From: Promethearchaeota archaeon
GTDB taxonomy: Archaea > Asgardarchaeota > Lokiarchaeia > Sigyniarchaeales > SOKP01
Length of the DNA: 64,000 nt
Assembly (NCBI GenBank): GCA_048940925.1
Contig: JBHLOC010000004.1
Coordinates: 64,001 to 128,000 of the forward strand
Direction: 5' to 3'
Positions 61,155 to 64,000 of this stretch are shown here, piece by piece. A model generated the notes under the pieces. It worked only from the letters and a program-made list of their open reading frames with translations. It made no database searches and was not told the DNA's origin. Made by a program: the position numbers and the translations under genes. Each line of letters begins with the position of its first letter. The first letter of the stretch is position 1.

Positions 61155-61942
61155 CTAAAAACCTCTTGATAAATTGATTCTAAATTAATAATAAAAATTA
61201 AAATAACTATGATTAATGAGAAAATAGCCAATATAAGAACATCAAACAACTTCATCTTTTTTGATGCAAATGTAATTTTACCAGAAAAACCACGCATTTT
61301 TAAGCTTTCATATAATTGTTCACTTCTTTCCATATTCATTACAATACTTTTTCCCATGATATAAGCATGAGTTTTTAATTTTTGCCAATATGATGTAAAG
61401 TTCTTTCCCCTTATCTCCTGGGCTTCTAATATCTTTTTATTAGAATTTGCTAAAATTGGGATATAGTGTAACATTATAATTAAAGAGCCAACTAAGATTG
61501 AGGAGATTCTTAATTTTGTCAGGGCTTCTATAAATTCTGTATAGGTTAATGTTGAGAAAAAAGTTAAAAAAACGAATAGAGAAGTAAAAATTCTCAAAAA
61601 TATTAATAATGCTAAATATAAACCCTCTTTATATATATTAAGTTTGATACCAATATCCAATTGGTAAGAAATTGTATTTCCAACATAAAAAGGAAGGAAA
61701 ACTATTATTAAAAAAATAAAAGGAATGACAATTTTAAATCGTGAAAGAATTTCTATGATGTTTAAACGCAGAGTGAGAATAATTATTAATGTAATTAAAA
61801 GAATTGTAAATATAAGATAAGTATTCTTCAAAACCAGAAATGGGATAACAAGAATAAAAGGTAAAATTAATCGAGTTAATGGATGAATTTTACTTAAGTA
61901 AACTTTTTCATTTTCATGTCTAAAAGGTAAAGTCGTCTTCAA
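61139..61942 (-). CDS. cbiQ: ECF transporter transmembrane T component
   Basis: IHPLTRL, AQEIRG, SLKMRGF. Confidence 0.9.
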   Translation of the reverse strand: MKTTLPFRHENEKVYLSKIHPLTRLILPFILVIPFLVLKNTYLIFTILLITLIIILTLRLNIIEILSRFKIVIPFIFLIIVFLPFYVGNTISYQLDIGIKLNIYKEGLYLALLIFLRIFTSLFVFLTFFSTLTYTEFIEALTKLRISSILVGSLIIMLHYIPILANSNKKILEAQEIRGKNFTSYWQKLKTHAYIMGKSIVMNMERSEQLYESLKMRGFSGKITFASKKMKLFDVLILAIFSLIIVILIFIINLESIYQEVFRLFLH

Positions 61943-62118
61943 TCTTACATTAACAACTCCAATTTATATTTGATCGTTCTAAATGGTAATCTTTTCTAAT
62001 CGAAATTCTATACATTCTAATTTCATACTAAAATAGAATAAAGTAATATTTTTTAATAATACTAAATTAAAATTTAATAATATTTATACTAAAAAAAATT
62101 ATCTTTTATTTTTCAAAA

Positions 62119-63132
62119 ATGCATATACCAGATGGATTATTAGATCCCGCAACACTTATAGTGCTTTGGATTGTTGCTATTGGAGTAATGATTATTGGAT
62201 TTTTTAGAATAAGGAAAGACTTTAAAGAAGAGGATTCTGAGAAATTAATTCCCTATATTGGTGTACTTGCTGCTGTGATATTTGCATTTCAATTTGTTAA
62301 TTATCCTGTTCCTGGGGGCACTTCAGGTCATTTAGTCGGGGGAACACTTGTAGCTGTCATATTAGGCCCTTGGGCAGCGGTTATTGTGCTCTTCTTGGTG
62401 TTAATTGTGCAAAGTTTATTTGGGGATGGAGGAATTCTATCGCTTGGTGCAAATGCTTTCAATATGGGAATTATTGGAGGTCTAGTAGGATTCTATATAG
62501 TAGTATTTATTGTAAAAATACTAAATAAAACATCTATGAAAAAAGAAATGAAAGTTACCATTGCCACAGCTATTGGTTCCTATATTTCTATTGTTTTCGC
62601 CTCTTTTGTCTGTGCTATTGAAATAAGTATCGGAGGAGCAATTCCAATTGAAATTGCTATTCCTGCTATGGTTTATTGGCATCTATTAATAGGTATTGGA
62701 GAAGCTATCATCTCTGCTTTAATTATATTTTATATATATAGAGTAAAACCAGATCTTATTACAACCGAATCAATAATGATGCAAAAAGTAATAACTTTTA
62801 ATATTTCTAAATATAAAAGACCGATTATTTCGACAATTTTAATTATTGGAACTCTAATGTTGATGATAGCAATAGGATTTACTATTGGATTTCTGTCAGG
62901 AGCTCCAGATGGATTAGAACGGGTATTAATTGATCAAAATGGTGAATCATGGTTAGAAAATTTATTTTCTCCTTGGGTACCATTATTGAGTTGGATCACA
63001 AGTGATTATGTAGCAGGGATTATTGGGATTTTCATTTCTATTGCTTTAATGAGCTCTGTTTTTTATGTAATCATGCACTTTAGAAAAAAAGAATCTTCTA
63101 AAAAGGACATAACATCGGATTTAGGAAAATAA
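62119..63132 (+). CDS. cbiM: Co/Ni ECF substrate component CbiM/NikM fused to a PDGLE domain
   Basis: MHIPDG N-terminus, GTSGHLVG, DGG...LGAN..NM, APDGLE. Confidence 0.93.
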   Translation: MHIPDGLLDPATLIVLWIVAIGVMIIGFFRIRKDFKEEDSEKLIPYIGVLAAVIFAFQFVNYPVPGGTSGHLVGGTLVAVILGPWAAVIVLFLVLIVQSLFGDGGILSLGANAFNMGIIGGLVGFYIVVFIVKILNKTSMKKEMKVTIATAIGSYISIVFASFVCAIEISIGGAIPIEIAIPAMVYWHLLIGIGEAIISALIIFYIYRVKPDLITTESIMMQKVITFNISKYKRPIISTILIIGTLMLMIAIGFTIGFLSGAPDGLERVLIDQNGESWLENLFSPWVPLLSWITSDYVAGIIGIFISIALMSSVFYVIMHFRKKESSKKDITSDLGK

Positions 63133-63222
63133 AAATACAAATAAACAAAAGGAAAGGAGAGAGAAAAAATTCTATTATTTATTTCCATATTTTTTGAATA
63201 ATTTTATTCCAATTATCACAAT

Positions 63223-63330
63223 TTATTGAATTGAATTAACGCTCATTTTAAAAACTTCAGCAAGCTCCCGATATGGCATCCGAGAGATTACCATTAATAA
63301 CATTGAAATAGAAAAGTCAATTTCATCCAT
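63223..63330 (-). pseudogene. truncated Lrp/AsnC HTH
   Basis: MDEIDFSISMLLMVISRMPYRELAEVFKMSVNSIQ*. Confidence 0.65.
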
Positions 63331-63453
63331 TTATCTGCAAGGTATTTATCTAAGTATTTAAAATATATCAATTTCTTAATTTTAAAATTATTTTAAATAT
63401 AAGATTATAAATCTTATAAATTTAAAAACAAATGAAATTAAGCTTAAAAAATT

Positions 63454-64000
63454 ATGAATATTAAGTTTTTCGTTAAATCAACTACAGTTAATATTGATAG
63501 CTACACAATTAAGGATATACCAGGTTCTTCTGGTCGGTTAGATGTAATTTCTAGATGTATTCTCTCCGCAATCTTAGATCAGAATGCGTTCGAAAAAAAC
63601 ATACAGATATGGATATTTTTAAAGGCCTATGGGACATTTGTATTTAAACCTGAGTTGTTTAATTATGAGAATTTTCCTAAGAATGAAATACTTCTAACAG
63701 ATTATTTTGTAAAATTCCTCCAAAAAAACTCTTCAAATAATATTCTAGAATCTAATCCTTTGAGATTACTAAAAAAATCTGAAATGAGTATAATAGATGC
63801 TATAAAATACTTTAGAAGTTTGAAATACGCTATATATATTTTAGATGAAAATGGAAAAAATTTTTTCAAATTAAGAAGTAGTATTCAAGAAAAAGAAAAT
63901 ATCCTCTTCATAGTTGGAAGTCAAGGGGGTGATTTTATTGATTCAAAGGAATTATTAGCCTTAAAGTTACCCCGTATCAGCTTAGGAGCCCAAAAATATC
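63454..64000 (+). CDS. trmY: tRNA pseudouridine-54 N1-methyltransferase (SPOUT), runs off the window end
   Basis: KDIPGSSGRLDVISRC, LDENG, FIVGSQ, RISLG. Confidence 0.8.
   Translation, partial: MNIKFFVKSTTVNIDSYTIKDIPGSSGRLDVISRCILSAILDQNAFEKNIQIWIFLKAYGTFVFKPELFNYENFPKNEILLTDYFVKFLQKNSSNNILESNPLRLLKKSEMSIIDAIKYFRSLKYAIYILDENGKNFFKLRSSIQEKENILFIVGSQGGDFIDSKELLALKLPRISLGAQKY

Noticed and set aside
61950-62118. NikR operator or cobalamin riboswitch between cbiQ and cbiM
   Set aside because: Only a weak GTAATA-N8-TAATAC in very AT-rich DNA with atypical spacing; no riboswitch core.
1-64000. CRISPR array, transposase, integrase or integron attC sites
   Set aside because: No regularly spaced repeats, no recognisable recombinase or transposase ORF and no convincing attC palindromes; the repeats found are two- or three-copy duplications.

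Overview
Very AT-rich archaeal chromosomal window, most consistent with an Asgard archaeon of the Lokiarchaeia type. That assignment is inferred from several roadblock/longin-like proteins, duplicated SCP2 proteins, a surface protein ending in an IPGY-TM-basic sorting signal, and archaeal informational genes. Housekeeping content: ThyA, TatD, MutY-like glycosylase, a nep1/rnp4/yhbY and rps19e-PDCD5-rpl39e-rpl31e-eIF6-rplX-pfdA-ftsY-secE cluster, DnaG, a GET3/ArsA ATPase, AhcY, archaeosine synthesis (ArcS, RaSEA), Gar1, TFB, a CbiM/Q/O ECF transporter and a partial TrmY. There are four tRNA genes: Asp with a T-loop intron, Arg with a D-loop intron, Phe with three introns, and Gly with none. Most notable observations: (1) a tandem Lrp/AsnC regulator with a single TBP repeat inserted between its two Lrp units, divergent from ahcY; (2) an unannotated, promoter-bearing, structured ~210-nt RNA candidate at 59572-59780 with kink-turn/C-D-like motifs; (3) five tRNA introns of uniform 29-30 nt at five different positions; (4) the four core enzymes of Thermotoga-type inositol catabolism (IolG/M/N/O); (5) several genes that may start at ATT/ATA; (6) an accessory surface-protein region around tRNA-Phe with duplicated promoters and gene remnants. 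No CRISPR array, transposase or integrase was seen. All calls are by eye from motifs; no searches were run.
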